DNA of 64,000 bases, taken from Octopus vulgaris (taxonomy: Eukaryota). The notes under the pieces were generated by a model. That model did not search any database, had not been told where the DNA came from, and worked only from the letters and a program-made list of their open reading frames with translations. Where the stretch lies: the NCBI GenBank assembly GCA_951406725.2, contig OX597825.1, positions 59,086,001 through 59,150,000 on the forward strand, in the 5' to 3' direction. The position numbers and the translations under genes were made by a program. This document shows positions 1-14,528 of this stretch, in pieces; positions within the stretch are counted from its first letter, which is position 1; each line of letters starts with the position of its first letter.

Positions 1-641
1 CAAAGCAGACATAGAATTTTAGTTAATACTGCCATAATCCTTGCTTTCAGTTCATCTTTGGTGTTACAAGGAGTTTTGTCGGTCTCTTGCTCAACTGTGC
101 CCCCCTCATAAAAGTCAAGGGGGTTGCAGTCTGGGGAGTTAGATGACCAGATGTTAGGAGTGATGTGGTCACAAAAATTGTCTGATAGCCAGACCTGGGG
201 TCTTCCAGCAGCTACCTTTTTTACCCAGGGCAGCACTATCTCCTCCAGGCACTTGATGTAGGCCTCTGTGTAGAGTCTGAGGCCACGTGAAAGATGGAGG
301 TAAAACATTGCCATCACTACTGATCATTCCAAACACTATGATGTTGACTGGATGTTTGATTTTTACCACTCTTGGTATATGTTTTGGAACATGGCAAACA
401 CTCAGATTGATACCCAAACATTCTGAAATGTTTGTATTGGAGCTTCTGGGATGAATGCCAAGCAGTACAGCATGTTGTCTCCAAATTTCTGACAGAGTGA
501 ATTGTATCATGGTACCGTTTTTCTCACAGACGGTGCCCAACTGACCCTACTATACTGTGTAGTTGACAAATTCAAAAACAAACAATGTGCATGCACGAAA
601 TTAAAAGTATAAAATGGCGACAATTTACCCATTGCACCCTG
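1..641 (-). mobile_element. Tc1/mariner-superfamily DNA transposon relic (internally deleted, frameshifted; truncated by window edge)
   Basis: Minus-strand translations give KHPVNIIVFGMISSDG (ORF 169..540) and ...NIWSSNSPDCNPLDF..., resembling the WPxxSPDLNPLD transposase motif. The 5' end reads CAGGGTG... at ~641. Confidence 0.75.
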
Positions 642-889
642 TGTGTGTGTATATAACAGAAGGCTGAAATCCTTTCTGTCTCTGAACTGGAAACTCTAAA
701 TTACATAATATCATATCTACGCAGTTGGTGCGATGCTTTGCAAGGAAGTGGTGGTGGTGGTGAAATATGATGGAAAACAGAGGAATGGCCATTCCCTGAT
801 ATTGTTAGCATGTATGCATGTGTGTACAACATAGGCTTAAAGTCCTCTGTTTTGTTCCCAACCTCACTATCTCTTTTCTCCCTCTCCCC

Positions 890-924
<35 letters not shown>

Positions 925-1024
925 TAATCACAAACACTAATAGTACAACTTAAAGTACCACTGATACTACTAATACTTCTAGCTCCATCACTATCACAAG
1001 ACAATTGTTGCTATATTTCACATG

Positions 1025-1086
<62 letters not shown>

Positions 1087-1193
1087 AAGAGTGAGAGTGG
1101 GTTGTGTGACTTACTTTTAGCAGAGTGCTAACAATTGGTTTTTATGGTGCCATCTAATGTGTGCTATACACTCCTAACTCACCAATACACATG

Positions 1194-1235
<42 letters not shown>

Positions 1236-1434
1236 TACCTATGTATGTATGTGCATATAATGCTTTTATATATAGCTTCATTGTCTCTTAGATGAACACA
1301 AGGCATGAAATAATGTTTTATATTGTGTAACGGTTCATACTTTATTTTCCACCCCCAGGAGTATTGCGTGACATAACTATGAATCTAAATCATGTGGGTA
1401 GACTAATTCTGTAAATTGTAACATTTGCAATAAC

Positions 1435-1838
1435 ATTTTGGCTTCAGGTCAGAGGCAATTGTTGTCTGAGACAACTACAGGAGAAGTACTTTGGCTAAGA
1501 GTAAGCCACTACAGCTCATACTCATCAACTTGAAGAAAGCCTTTGACTGAGTTCTGAATTCTGCATCTTAATGGTTAGCAGCAAAAGGAAACTGATGGAT
1601 GGCTTGTAAGAGCCAGGTAGGTCATGTGCACAGATGCCGTCACCAAGGTGAGAACTGACAATGAATTCAGCAGCAAATTTAGTGTGCTGGTAGATGTCAA
1701 CCATGGCTTGACTCTGTTCTCACCAATTCCATTATAGTCCTCCTGACTATAACAGAGGTGTGTAAGACCAACTGTTGTTAAGAACTCCTGTATACTAATG
1801 ATTTAGATCTCTGTAGATTTTGAAAAGGAATTCCAACC
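1435..1838 (+). mobile_element. Degenerate RTE-clade LINE reverse transcriptase fragment
   Basis: Pieces translate as RQLQEKY...AKSKPL..LINLKKAFD followed by downstream RT-like sequence, with many stops and frameshifts. Confidence 0.7.
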
Positions 1839-1839
1839 A

Positions 1840-2200
1840 CTGATTTAATGTTCTAGTCACATTGTCTTGAATGTACAGGAAGGAATTACAACCGTGTTTC
1901 GTGGTCTGCTACCACAGCAGCTCCTTTATAGGGTCCAGTTAGCTCAAGACATCATCAGGAGGAACCACGTCCGGTTTTGGCCCAAACTCCTCTACCGTTT
2001 TGACGTGGCGGGGCCCTCCCTTTCGGAGGTGTCTTCAGCTCTGGTGTTGGGTGCATGTCTTCTTTCTTCTGTTCCCTGGCCTCTTCGATGTATCGTCAGC
2101 AAGTGTCAGCCGGTGACTGACTGACTTGTCAAATTTTTCCCTTTAAATACCTGCCGCTAGATGAAGATTTTAGTGTTGCCAGGAACAAAACTTCCCTAGT
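1840..2200 (-). mobile_element. GC/CpG-rich insert, probable retroelement terminal (Penelope pLTR-like) fragment
   Basis: Abrupt CpG-rich island abutting the RTE relic. The minus strand has a TATTTAAA box, a CTGATGA...GAAAC motif and ATTAAA near its end. Confidence 0.35.
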
Positions 2201-2282
2201 GTGCTGGTGCCACATGAAAAAGCAAGCAGCCAGTGTACTCTGTAAAGTGGCTGGCATGAGAAGTCATACCACATTTGGAAAG

Positions 2283-2564
2283 TATACAAAATCTTAAGAC
2301 CAGTGAAAAATCCTGCTGAAATTAACTCCTTGATGACCGATATATTTGACTATTTTTCATTATGTATTCATTAATGGCAAATAGAAAAAGATATACATAA
2401 ACCTAAAGAAATGTTTAGCATTTAAAGCCTCTCTCTCTCTCTCTCTCTCAAATGTCTTATCGTCCTTGAGCTGCATTCTGCATCTATAAGCGCCTTAATC
2501 CAGTTTGATGATTGACAAGGAGTTCATTTTAGCAATTTTTTCACTCGTCTTAAGATTTTGTCTA
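2283..2564. mobile_element. MITE with ~46-bp imperfect terminal inverted repeats, TA-flanked
   Basis: 2286-2332 (ACAAAATCTTAAGACCAGTGAAAAA...AACTCCTTG) is the reverse complement of 2516-2561, with TA at both outer ends. Confidence 0.65.
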
Positions 2565-4824
2565 GCAGTGTATGAACAAGCACCACAAATGCCCCAAGTC
2601 ATAATTTGATAAGAACTAAGTCAGACTGTGATAACTTTTCCAAATCATAACAGCATAGGACAGCAGACATTGATGATAACGATGATCTTTTATCTGCTTA
2701 CATGAGCCAGGATCAGAGTACATGAAGAAAGAGTTTTCTATGGTGGGATGGGACACCTTTCCTGATGCCAGCTGTCTCCTGTTTCCAAGTATGGTAACAA
2801 TCATCCTAGTCTATTGAACAATGAACAGCCAAGATACACTTTCACAGAGAGCTCCAACCAAAGAACACCATTTCATAAATTCAGCCGTTTGCAACAGTCA
2901 AGAAACCCGGACATGTTTACATGCATACACATACAATGGGCTTCTTCCAGTTTTCAGCTGATTTCAACTCACAACATATTAGTCAGCTCACAACTATAGT
3001 AAAAGACACAGCTTCCATGCAGTGGGACTGAACTGCTAACCACATGGTCCCAAAGTGAACATCTTAAACACACAGTACCTTATCCAAATATTTATCTAAT
3101 GTGACTTAATAGCGGGACTTGCTAGAAATGTAGGAGTGCGTTGGCATGAATACCTTGTTGTTGTTTGCTCCCACTCCTAGTCTGATTTTACTGAGTAGAC
3201 CTATAGTCAAGGGTATTTCAGTTGTGGCCAGTTAGTCTTTTCAGAACTATGTAGGATTGTATTATCTAAAGTATTCGTTTTTTAAAAAATAATCCGAGTT
3301 TGATTTAAAGAGAAGACTTAGCTGTTATTTCTAGTTAATTGAATGACTATATAGTAGCTCCCTCATTGGTTATCTTACTTCTTTAAAACTGTCAATTCTC
3401 TGTAACAGTTTCATGAATGACTGTCTTCCTGTCGAAGGAAGTTGATATCACAATTGTTTAATGCCATGGGAACTGAGATCAGATGGCAACAACCAAGGGT
3501 AGAAATTAAGAAAAAAAAACTTGAGATAGTATCATCATCTTCACCATTATAACCACCATCATCATCAATAGTGTGACATTTATTTTCTTCCATGCTGGCA
3601 TAGATGAGACAGGTCACTTTCATTAAGGTTATGTCCAGTGCAGTGCTAACTAGGTCATGTAACTCATTGAAAGACTTTCCTAATATCACACACAACAAAA
3701 ACCAGTCTGTATAACTATTGTTCATACAATAAGCTGCTTAAAAACCCCACATCAAACAGGAATTTCAAGGTGGTTGCTATTGTTATGAGGTCATATAAGT
3801 CTGGTTGCCTGGTTGGTCACTGTCAGCTTTATCAACCTGTGCAGCCAAGATAATCTTGTGGGAGAATGTTGTAGGTTATTATCAAGTTTCATTATCATCA
3901 TCATTGTTGTTTTATCAGCAGAATTTCTATGCTTGCATGAGTCAGAGAGAATTTCATCAGGGCAGATTATTCTATGGCTGGATGCCTTTCCTCTCACCAG
4001 CCCTCACTTTATTTCTTGAATTCCTGTTATGGCCTGGAGGACAATGATAAAAAGGAGGGGGACTGAGGGCTGAGCATTGATGAACGCTTACCTGTATCCT
4101 AAATTTTATAAGTGTTTGTATCTCCTTGTCTTGACATCATGTGATTGGAATTGAATGATGTTCATTTAAAACAATAGTCTACAAAATGACATGCCTGGCC
4201 ATGGGAAAATATCGCTTTGCTTGGAAACAAGAGGGGCATGTGGTAGTAGAAAACTGCCTCACTAAACTCCACCCAACCCATGCAAGCATGGAAAAGAGGA
4301 TGTTAAAATGATGATGATACATATATAAACACATGCTTCCTCCTATGGACTTCTTTCAGTTTCCATCAACCAGATTCACTCTCAAGGCTTTGGTCGGCCC
4401 GCAGCTATAGTAGAAGACACTTACCCAAGGTGCCATGCAGTGGGATTGAACCCTGAATCATGTAACTGGTTCTTACCACACAGAATAAGTAGCTTCTTAC
4501 CAAACAAAATAAAATAAGAAACTTTTACAAATTGTAATTACAGGCTAATTAGTGCTGGTTAGAACTAGTTAGTGTGGGAATTAAAAATTCCACAAGTCTA
4601 ATTAGATCCAAAGAAATAAGCTATCAAAACTCAAAGCAGAAAAATAATAGCTGTTGTTATTGCTTAGCCTCAGGTCAGTTCTGACAGTGCATATCTATGA
4701 TTTTAAAGAGATTTCAGACATGACTACTACCTTTCTGTCCTTCTCCTGAGCATCCTTTATCCAATGTATCTCTCCCTTTTGAAAAGGGTAGAACAATCTT
4801 TCCATAACCAAGAATTGCTTTTAT

Positions 4825-5289
4825 TTAACTCTTTTGATACCTGTTTCTTTATTACCTACAAGAGGCTAAACATAGAGGGGACAAACAAGGACAGACAAAT
4901 AGATTAAGTTGATTACATCAACCCCAGTGTGTAACTGGTACTTATTTAATCAACCCCGAAAGGATGAAAGGCAAAGTCGACCTCGGCAGAATTTGAACTC
5001 AGAATGTAACGGCAGACGAAATACCACTAAGCATTTCGCCCGGCATGCTAACGTTTCTGCCAATTCGCCGCCTTCTAACTCTTTTGATACCAACCTATCT
5101 GGGACCATTCTTGGTTCTATGATACAATGTTCCTATTTTAAAATTATCTAGATTAAAATCTCCCATAAAAATTTCATGCTAATTTATGATTCATACACCA
5201 GCTTAACAATAAAGTTATTTTACTATATTCTTCCTTATTTTCAGAACTAATTGAATTTCAACTGAGATTTTGTAACAAAAGGATTTTAA
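4825..5289. mobile_element. piggyBac-like MITE (TTAAC..TTT ends) interrupted by a SINE; related copies at ~6810-7185, 10980-11160, 41800-41910, 46470-46917
   Basis: Copies share an internal core (…ttatgttccaaacacc.gcttaa.aatgacaaagttattttact…) and TTAACYCTTT/AAAGGGTTAA-like termini. Confidence 0.5.
4842..5075 (-). mobile_element. tRNA-derived SINE family A (long-tail variant) with 16-bp target site duplication
   Basis: Head GGCGGCGAATTGGCAGAAACGTTAGC...GAGTTCAAATTC (A/B-box-like) and core GCCTTTCATCCTTTCGGGGT. TSD TAACTCTTTTGATACC at 4826-4841 and 5076-5091. Confidence 0.9.
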
Positions 5290-7232
5290 ATGAATTTTCC
5301 TGTAGAGCTCCCACTCTTTTCAAAGAACTAACAACTCATTAATTCAATTTAATTAATTAACAACAAACTTGTTTTCCCAGTTTCATTTCCTTATTAAAAT
5401 AAATTTGTATCTGAATAATTATATATAGGTCGAAGTGTGGCTATCTGGTCAGAAGTTGTGTGTGTGTGTGTGTGTGTGTGTAGGTATGCATGTGTATGTA
5501 TGTATATGTGTGTATGTATGTACGTATGTGTGAATGTATGTATGTGTGTGTATGTGTGAATGTGTATGTATGCATGTATACCTGCAAACAAGCATGCATG
5601 TAAATGTTTGAGAATGTGTGTGAACGTGTTGCTGTCTCCATGCCTGGACCTTTCATGGTAGTCATACATGAATGTCATACAAGCAGTGTCCTTTGTTTCC
5701 AAAATTCTGTAAAAGCATGCTTGGTCATGGGGAAATAGATGAGGGTTTTGGTGACTGGAAGCTCATCTGGCTGTAGAAAATCTGCCTCAACAAATTCTAT
5801 CTGACCCATGCAAGCATGGGAAAGTGGACATTAAAACAATGATGATGATGATTGGAGTAATTGTATAGTTTACACTGCAGCCATGAAAATTTGGAATACA
5901 GCTCATAAATCTACCCCAAGAACTGCAAGCTGTCTTCTAACACAGCCAGGATTGATCAGTGACTTGTAAAAATAGTTTAGTCATCAGAAACTGCATGCAA
6001 GCCAATTGGCAACAGTGGGATTTGAACACATGGTGTAAAGGGATACAACTGGGTACTGCAGAGCATTTTATTTTGACTAATACTCAACCAATTCTGTGAT
6101 ATTACTCACACTAGGGAATTTTAGAGATAAGTGTTATTTTATGAAGATATGGCTGCTATTTCAAGAAAGTTGAGTGACCACTTAGTGGATACCTTGTTGA
6201 CTTTAAAGATATCATTGTATTGTGTTGTTATGTGTTGAGTAAAACTGTTTGTATGAAAGACAAACAGGGTAAGCAAGGTACACATTAAACTCATGAAACT
6301 TTGGATCAAAGTTTACAATGCTTCAGTGGTTAGAGCATCAGGCTGTTTGTTGTATTCTTGAGCAAGACGCTTTATTTCATGTTGCTCCTGTTCACTCAGC
6401 TGTAGAAATGTGTTGCAATGTCACTGGTGCCAAGGTGCATCGGCCTTTGTCTTTCCTTTGGATAACATTGGTGGCGTGGGTGACTACTGGTCTTCCATAA
6501 ACAACCTTGCCTGGACTTGTGTCTTGGAGGGAAACTTTCTTGGTGCAATGCCATGGTCCTTCATGACCAAAGGGGATCTTTACCCTTTACTTTAAAGATA
6601 TATTAGCTATACAGATACATTTTTTTTTCATATAGAATACAGGTATTTGAATCAACCAAACACACACTGTTAAATAAAAAGCACAGTCTAAGAAAAGAAA
6701 AATAAATTCCTTGATGAAGGTTTTTGCTGAAAATATCAGGATTTAGTTATTTCTTAATTCCCCTAGCATACAAACATAACCAAACTTGCACATACTATTA
6801 ACCAACCGATTAGAGATTACCACTTTTACTTCTACGATACAAACTTTGTTTTAAACCTTCATGTCCTTTCAAACATCAGTTTAACAATGACAAAGTTATT
6901 TTACTAAATTCTTTATTACTTTCAAAATTAAATGAATGAAAGCTCTGTATAATGGTAAAAAAGAGGTTGACCCCATTGATAGCAACCCATCTAAAATTGT
7001 CCCTAGTTCTATGAGGCAAGCATTTTAAAAAAAATTATTTGAATTAAAAACCTTCTGTCAGAATTTCATGTTAAATTATGTTCCAAGCACCAAATTGATA
7101 ATGATTAAGTTCTTTTATTAAACTCTTCATTATTTTCCTAAATAAGCAATGCAGTTCAATAGAAATATGGTAAAAGAAGGAATTAACCAGACTTTCTTGC
7201 ATAACAGAAAATAATTCTTTGATTCATACTTA

Positions 7233-8325
<1,093 letters not shown>

Positions 8326-9434
8326 TGTGCCTATAGTAGAAAGAATTGTCATCACACTGGAAATAATAGTTTATCTCAACTGGGATGGTCATCTTTGGCT
8401 TTTATCCTTCTGAACTAGATAAGATAAGTACAGTCATAAACATGTAGTTAAGAAATTAGTTTCTTAATTAATTACGGTGTCCATCAACCTATCTACACGA
8501 GTGGACAATCTCAACAAAGAATCAATGGTCACCCAGCAAACATCACAAATGTAGTGGGTGGGATTATATTAAGGCCTTTGAGTCAAGCATTACCTACTCT
8601 CTTGGTCACTCTTTGCAACTGGTATTTACTCTCTCAGATGTATTGATTATCATTTTTCTATGACCCAGAGAGATCAGGACTAGAACAATCCAAGGTGTTT
8701 TAAATTAATCCTAAGATCTTTCACATTGCCAGAAACAACAGACACTAGCCATTATTAAGCCTCTCACTGTGAAATCAAATTTCCCGTTTAATCCAGGATT
8801 ACAGTTAAATATGTACAATAAATAAATAAATAAATAAATAAAAAGATAAAACAAAAGGAAAAAAAAAGCATTGCCTCAATAAACTTGACATCATATCTCA
8901 ACGGAAGATAATTTCAAACATGATATCCATTAACAAAAGCTAGATTGGTTTATAAAACATCTTTCCACACTTAAGGTTTTTGAAATTTTGAGTGGATATA
9001 TCTGTTGTCTGTAGTAGTGAAGATAAAGCTGTAACTATTGTCAATGAATCAAATCCAAGGTTTTGTTATTTTTCAATAATCTTATTTTTATTATGTATTT
9101 TTCCAGTGCAATTGGGTACAGTTATGTGAACTTTGTGTATGTTCAGTGTTTTCTTTGGCTTTTGTGTTTTCTATTGTGTCAAAAGTCCTCTACATATAGG
9201 TGTAAGCTTGGCTTATGGTTAAAAAAATTGCTTCCTAAACACCTAGTTTTTACATTCAGTCCAATTGAGCTGCACCTTGGGCAAGTGTCTTCAACTAGAG
9301 CACCAGGTGAGCCAAAGCCTTGTGAGTGGATTTAGTGGAGAGAAACTGAAAGAAATCCATTGTGTGTGTGTGTGTGTGTTGAAATGCCAGAGAGGTTGAT
9401 TTTGTCTTTAATCCCATTGGGTTCAATAAAATAA

Positions 9435-9680
9435 GTACTGGTCAAGCACTGTAGAGTTATTTCTTGAGTCATGCTGACTCATAAGGGTTGGTTTCCCAGT
9501 TTCTATGGCATATAAATTCCCAGCCTGGATGGGATGTTGGTCCGTTGCAGGATTACTCATTTTTACCAGCTGAGTGGACTGGAGCAATGTGAAATGAAGT
9601 GTTCTGCTCAAGAACACAACACACCACCCGGTCCAGGAATTGAAACCACAATCTTACGATCAAGAGTCCAACACCTACAG
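9435..9680 (-). mobile_element. tRNA-derived SINE family C
   Basis: Reverse complement of GTGGTTTCAATTCCTGGACCGGG...TGTGTTCTTGAGCA...CTCCAGTCCACTCAGCTGG; same family as 20339-20591. Confidence 0.8.
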
Positions 9681-9738
9681 TGCCTCAAGCACTGGGATCA
9701 ATGTAATCAACTAGCCCACCCTCTCCCCAAGAATTTTA

Positions 9739-9970
9739 GGCGGCGAGCTGGCAGAAACATTAACATTCCGGGCAAAATGCTTAGTGGTATTTCATCTGCT
9801 GTTACCTTCAGAGTTCAAATTCCGCTGAGGTCGACTTTACCTTTCATCATTTCAGGGTCGATAAATTAAGTACCAGTTAAGCACTGGGGTTAATGTAATC
9901 GATTTGATCCCTTTGTCTGTATTTGTTTGTCCCCTCTACGTTTAGCCCCTTGTGGACAATAAAGAAATAA
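9739..9970 (+). mobile_element. Family-A SINE inserted into an older SINE, with TSD
   Basis: AAGAATTTTAGGC at 9729-9741 and 9969-9981 flanks a full-length copy. Confidence 0.85.
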
Positions 9971-10484
9971 GAATTTTAGGCCTTGCATTTATAGTAGAAA
10001 GGATTATTAATATTATTAAGGTGGTGAGCTGGCAGAATCTTTGGCACATCGGACAAAATATTTTGCAGCCCTTCTTCCAGCTCTTTACGTTCTGTACTCA
10101 AGTCCTGCTGGGGTCAAACTTTTGTCCAGCATGCTAACGATCCTGTCACCTTGCCATGTTTCTGGTGTGATGATAATAAATTGATAGCAACAACGGTAAT
10201 GAAGAGGAGTGCAAAGCAACAAAATTATCATTTGACATGAATTAATTTTTCGAAAGAGAGGGTAATATAAATCTGTGTCTTGTATATTGTAGAGACAAGC
10301 AGTTTGCCAGAGTCATATCACTTCAACTTTTGGTCTCAAGTGTTTCTGTGTGTGAGTGTGTGTGTAAAATGAAATAATCTATTTCTCTATGCATGTGTTT
10401 GAGTATGTGTGCACTGATGTATATTCAAGCAGTCCACAAGATTTATTAGTCTGACTTTACATTTCTAGTAGTTTTCCACTGTGT

Positions 10485-10498
<14 letters not shown>

Positions 10499-10573
<75 letters not shown>
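10499..10573. repeat. (GA)n microsatellite
   Basis: Pure GA run. Confidence 0.95.
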
Positions 10574-10574
<1 letters not shown>

Positions 10575-10608
10575 AAAAGCCGTATTTTTGATGAAGCGCA
10601 CTGCTTTT

Positions 10609-10969
10609 CGTTTTTGGATTTGGTTTGCAAGATTCTTTATATGAATTTGTGTGTTGAAGCATATTCTGTTGTGTCTGGGGAGAGTCATTTTCTTTTTGTG
10701 CCTTATAATGTAACACACTCACCAGTAAAATTTCCACTTATTTCTTATTTTTATTTTCCTAAAATTTTCATTACGTCTTGCAACCTTTTCAATAGTCAAG
10801 ACACAATGAAAATTTTAGGAAAATAAAAATAAGAAATAAGTGGAAATTTTGCCAGTGAGTGTGTTACATTATAAGGCACAAAAAGAAAATGACTCTCCCC
10901 AGGCACAAAAAGAAAATGACTCTCCCCAGGCACAAAAAGAAAATGACTCTCCCCAGACACAACAGAACA
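10609..10969. mobile_element. Repeat insertion carrying an inverted copy of itself plus a 3x27-bp tandem, flanked by CACTGCTTTT direct repeats
   Basis: Arms 10664-10780 and 10797-10967; 27-mer AGGCACAAAAAGAAAATGACTCTCCCC x3 at 10874-10954; a single-copy relative at 30557-30752. Confidence 0.8.
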
Positions 10970-13350
10970 CACTGCTTTTGTTTTAGTTAATTTAGAAAAT
11001 AATGAATTTAGTAAAATATCATCATTATTAAGCTAATGTTTGGAACATAGATTAACATAGTTTTAATGAAAGGCTTTTAATTTAAACCACTTAAAAAACA
11101 GGAAGTTTATACCAAAGAACAAGGAATAGTCTCAGGTGGGTTGGTCTCAAAAGAGTTAAACAGTGGAATGTCAAGGACAACCTGTGGCTGTTCTGCTGAC
11201 AAATATTTAGTAGTGGCATTTTAATCCAATACACGATGATTAATGGGTGTTTCTCTGGTCTAAAACCAAACCAATTGGAGCAATATCTCAACCACATCAA
11301 TATGGATAAATGTGGTGAGTACATTGATGAAGGCAATACTAGGACAGAAAAATACTCATGCGTGTGTGTGTGTTCATAATGCAGAAAGAAAATATGTGCA
11401 GGACACATAATTGCATGTATGCACTTGTACAGACAAGCATATACAGACATATGCATTATTCCCACATTGCAATGCTATTGTGTATGTGTTCATATTGTAG
11501 ACACAAAATACACATGTATGTATTATTCATATATATATACTTGTACTTATGTGTGTGTGAGCATTGTTTGTAGACATAAGTAGAAAAAAGCATACACATA
11601 TTCTATATATACATACAGTTATGTGTTTGCTCATATTGTACATAAATGGACATATACATGTACACACACAATTTCACACACACACACACAGAGGTACAAA
11701 AATACCTACACATACCTACATACATGCAGGCACACACACACACCCCAATTTCTAAACATGCACAGAATACAATGCTGCAATCACATTGTTTTCAATAAAT
11801 AAAATAAAAGAATTGGTTCAACTGGATAACCTGAATAAAACAAAGGAAGAATGGTATTTGCAGAACTATCGAGACTTCTATCAGACATCATGCTTTGTGG
11901 CAGTTTAATTCGGCTGCCAGGGAAACATCTAGTAAGTGTAAAGAGATGGAGTGTTTGGCTTAAAGCTGGTTGTTTTTACAATTTTCTCCCCACCCAAATA
12001 AATAATCAGTAGATTATAATAAAAATTTGAAATATGTAATAGAAAATTCAAGAGAAGACAGACGGAATTGAGAGAAGATTGAATGATTTAACCATCATTA
12101 AGTTGGCTGGTTGTTTGTATTTATTATCTGTGGTCTGGAAACTGAATGTAGGGTGGCCTAGAAAAATGAACCTTCAGTTTCCTAGAAAATGTTTTTAACA
12201 TTGCATGAGTGTTGTAAATGAATGCCATTCATTTCCAATATTCTGCACAAAACATGTCCGGCCTTGGGGATATATTACCTTGCTGGGAAACATGAAAAGG
12301 TTGGTGCAATGAAAGGCATTTAGCTTTTATATATATTATCATTTAATGTCCACTTATCCATGCTTATACGTGTCTGATGTAATTCATTGAGGCAGATTTT
12401 CTATGGCTGAATAATGCACTTCCTGCCATGTTTTATACATAAAAATGCATGTATTTATGTATAAATTTTTTATACAGATATATATGTGTGTGTGCGTGTG
12501 TGTGTATATATATATCATCATTGTTTAATGTCCACTTTCCATGCAAAATATATATATATATATATATCTTTTATCTTTTACTTGTTTCAGTCATAAGACA
12601 GCAGCCATGTTGGGACACCACATTGACTTTTCAGTTGAATGAATCCTTTCTAATATAGGCAAAAGGCTTGAAATTTGGTGGGGGGAGGGGACTAGTCGAT
12701 TACATTAACCTCAGTGCATAACTGGTACTTAATTTATCGACCCTGAAAGGATGAAAGGCAAAGTCACCCTCGGCAGAATTTGAACTCAGAACGTAGTGAC
12801 GGGTGAAATACCGCTAAGTATTTCGTCCAACACGCTAACGATTCTGCCAGCTCACTGCCTTTTAGTTGAAGGAATCAATCCCAGTACATATTTCTTTAAG
12901 CCTGGTACATACTCTGTGCAGCAGAAACATATGTTGGTCATTTTAACTAGCTAATTATGCTGTATAACTAACGGTTAAATTAAAAGAAAAATTTGGTGAT
13001 GTACCAGTCTTCATATTCTTTGTAATTGTTTGAAATTTACACTCCCAAAAGTAATTGTAATCCAGAGAAACAAACCTGGATTTACCCATCAGAAGAATTA
13101 CCATGGAATTTCCCATACTAAATGATCACTGATGTTTATTACTACTTGATGCAGTTAGCAGAAACCTGAAATATACCTGAGAGCTATTATAGTACCCACC
13201 TGAATAATTTATCCTTATATAGCCATTTTATATTCTTTTATTCTTTCATTCTTTTACTTGTTTCAGTCATCTGACTGTGGCCATGCCAAAGCACTGCCTT
13301 GAAGAAGCACCACCTTAAAGGAACACTGCCATGTAGTTGCGAAGCAAGCT

Positions 13351-13582
13351 TCTTATTTCTTTATTGCCCACAAGGGGCAACACACAGAAGGGACAAACAA
13401 GGACAGACAAAGGTATTAAGTCGATTACATTGACCCCAGTGCGTAACTGGTACTTAATTTATCAGCCCCGAAAGGATGAAAGGCAAAGTCGACCTTGGCG
13501 GAATTTGAACTCAGAACGTAACAGCAGACGAAATACTGCTAAGCATTTTGCCCGGCGTGCTAACATTTCTGCCAGCTTGCCA
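13351..13582 (-). mobile_element. Family-A SINE (long-tail variant) inserted in a family-B SINE head
   Basis: Near-identical to 4842-5075; it splits GCAAGCTTCTTA|CCACACAGCC. Confidence 0.85.
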
Positions 13583-13609
13583 CCACACAGCCATGCCTGC
13601 ACTTCATAT

Positions 13610-13985
13610 AAAAGGTATGTTTTGGTCAAAGACTGGTCCAGGCCATGTCTCAATAACACCACCTGACAGGATCTATTAAATCATTTTAAAGTCAAGTTTT
13701 GTGGTATTATGGCCCATTCAAGTAGGAGCTTGTTGTTGACTAAGATGTATTCCAGTATTGGTAGCCTATGATAGGATGCTTTCCTTCTTTGATTTATTTT
13801 GAGATATTGTTAAATAGAGCAGGGCCTGTTGAGGAAAAGAAGTTTTTCTGCAGTGAATTTATGTGTCATGAACCTGAATAGGGGGCATATAACACATGGC
13901 CCCAGCATTGGATGAATTCTGAATCTACTGTTAAGGTTGTTTAAGCGATGCTGCTGGTATATTCTTGATATATAAGCAGGAAAAC
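13610..13985 (-). mobile_element. Degenerate 3' end of a CR1/L2-like LINE
   Basis: Minus-strand remnants YQQH..NNL...RIHPMLGP and NKLLLEWAIIPQN, followed by a 3'UTR-like CAGGTGGTG...GGCCTGGACC. Confidence 0.5.
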
Positions 13986-14220
13986 AAATCTGTTCTTACT
14001 TATTTTATACCATACCTGAAATCTTTCCTACATTGGATCTGGAACTTAAGTGAACCATGAAAATACATACCAGAATATGTCTGTGTGTGATTTTACAAAT
14101 ACATGTATTTGTATATTGATCTGTTCGTGTACATGTGTACTTAAGTGGCAAGACAAATCCATATATGCACATTAATATAGGCCAAATATACTGTTATGGC
14201 CATATATACTGTTGATACAT

Positions 14221-14528
14221 GGAGGCACAATGGCCCAATGGTTAGGGTAGCGGACTTGCAGTCGAAGGATCGCGGTTTCGATTCCCAGACTGGATGTTCT
14301 GTGTGTTTATTGAGTGAAAACACCTAAAAGCTCCGTGAGGCTCTGGGAGCAAGTGGTGGTGACCCCTGTTGTACTCTTCCACCACAACTTTCTCTTACTC
14401 TCTCTTCCAGTTTCTTGAGTAATGCTGCAATGGACTAGCATCCCGTCCAGCTGGGGGGAACACACACGCCACAGAAACCGGAAATCTGGGCCCATGAGCC
14501 TGGCTAGGCTTGAAAAGGATGACGTTAC

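Noticed and set aside
6700-6750. TTGATGA...GAAA...AGGATTT minimal hammerhead-like motif
   Set aside because: Core deviates (no C3) and the cleavage triplet is out of register with stem I.
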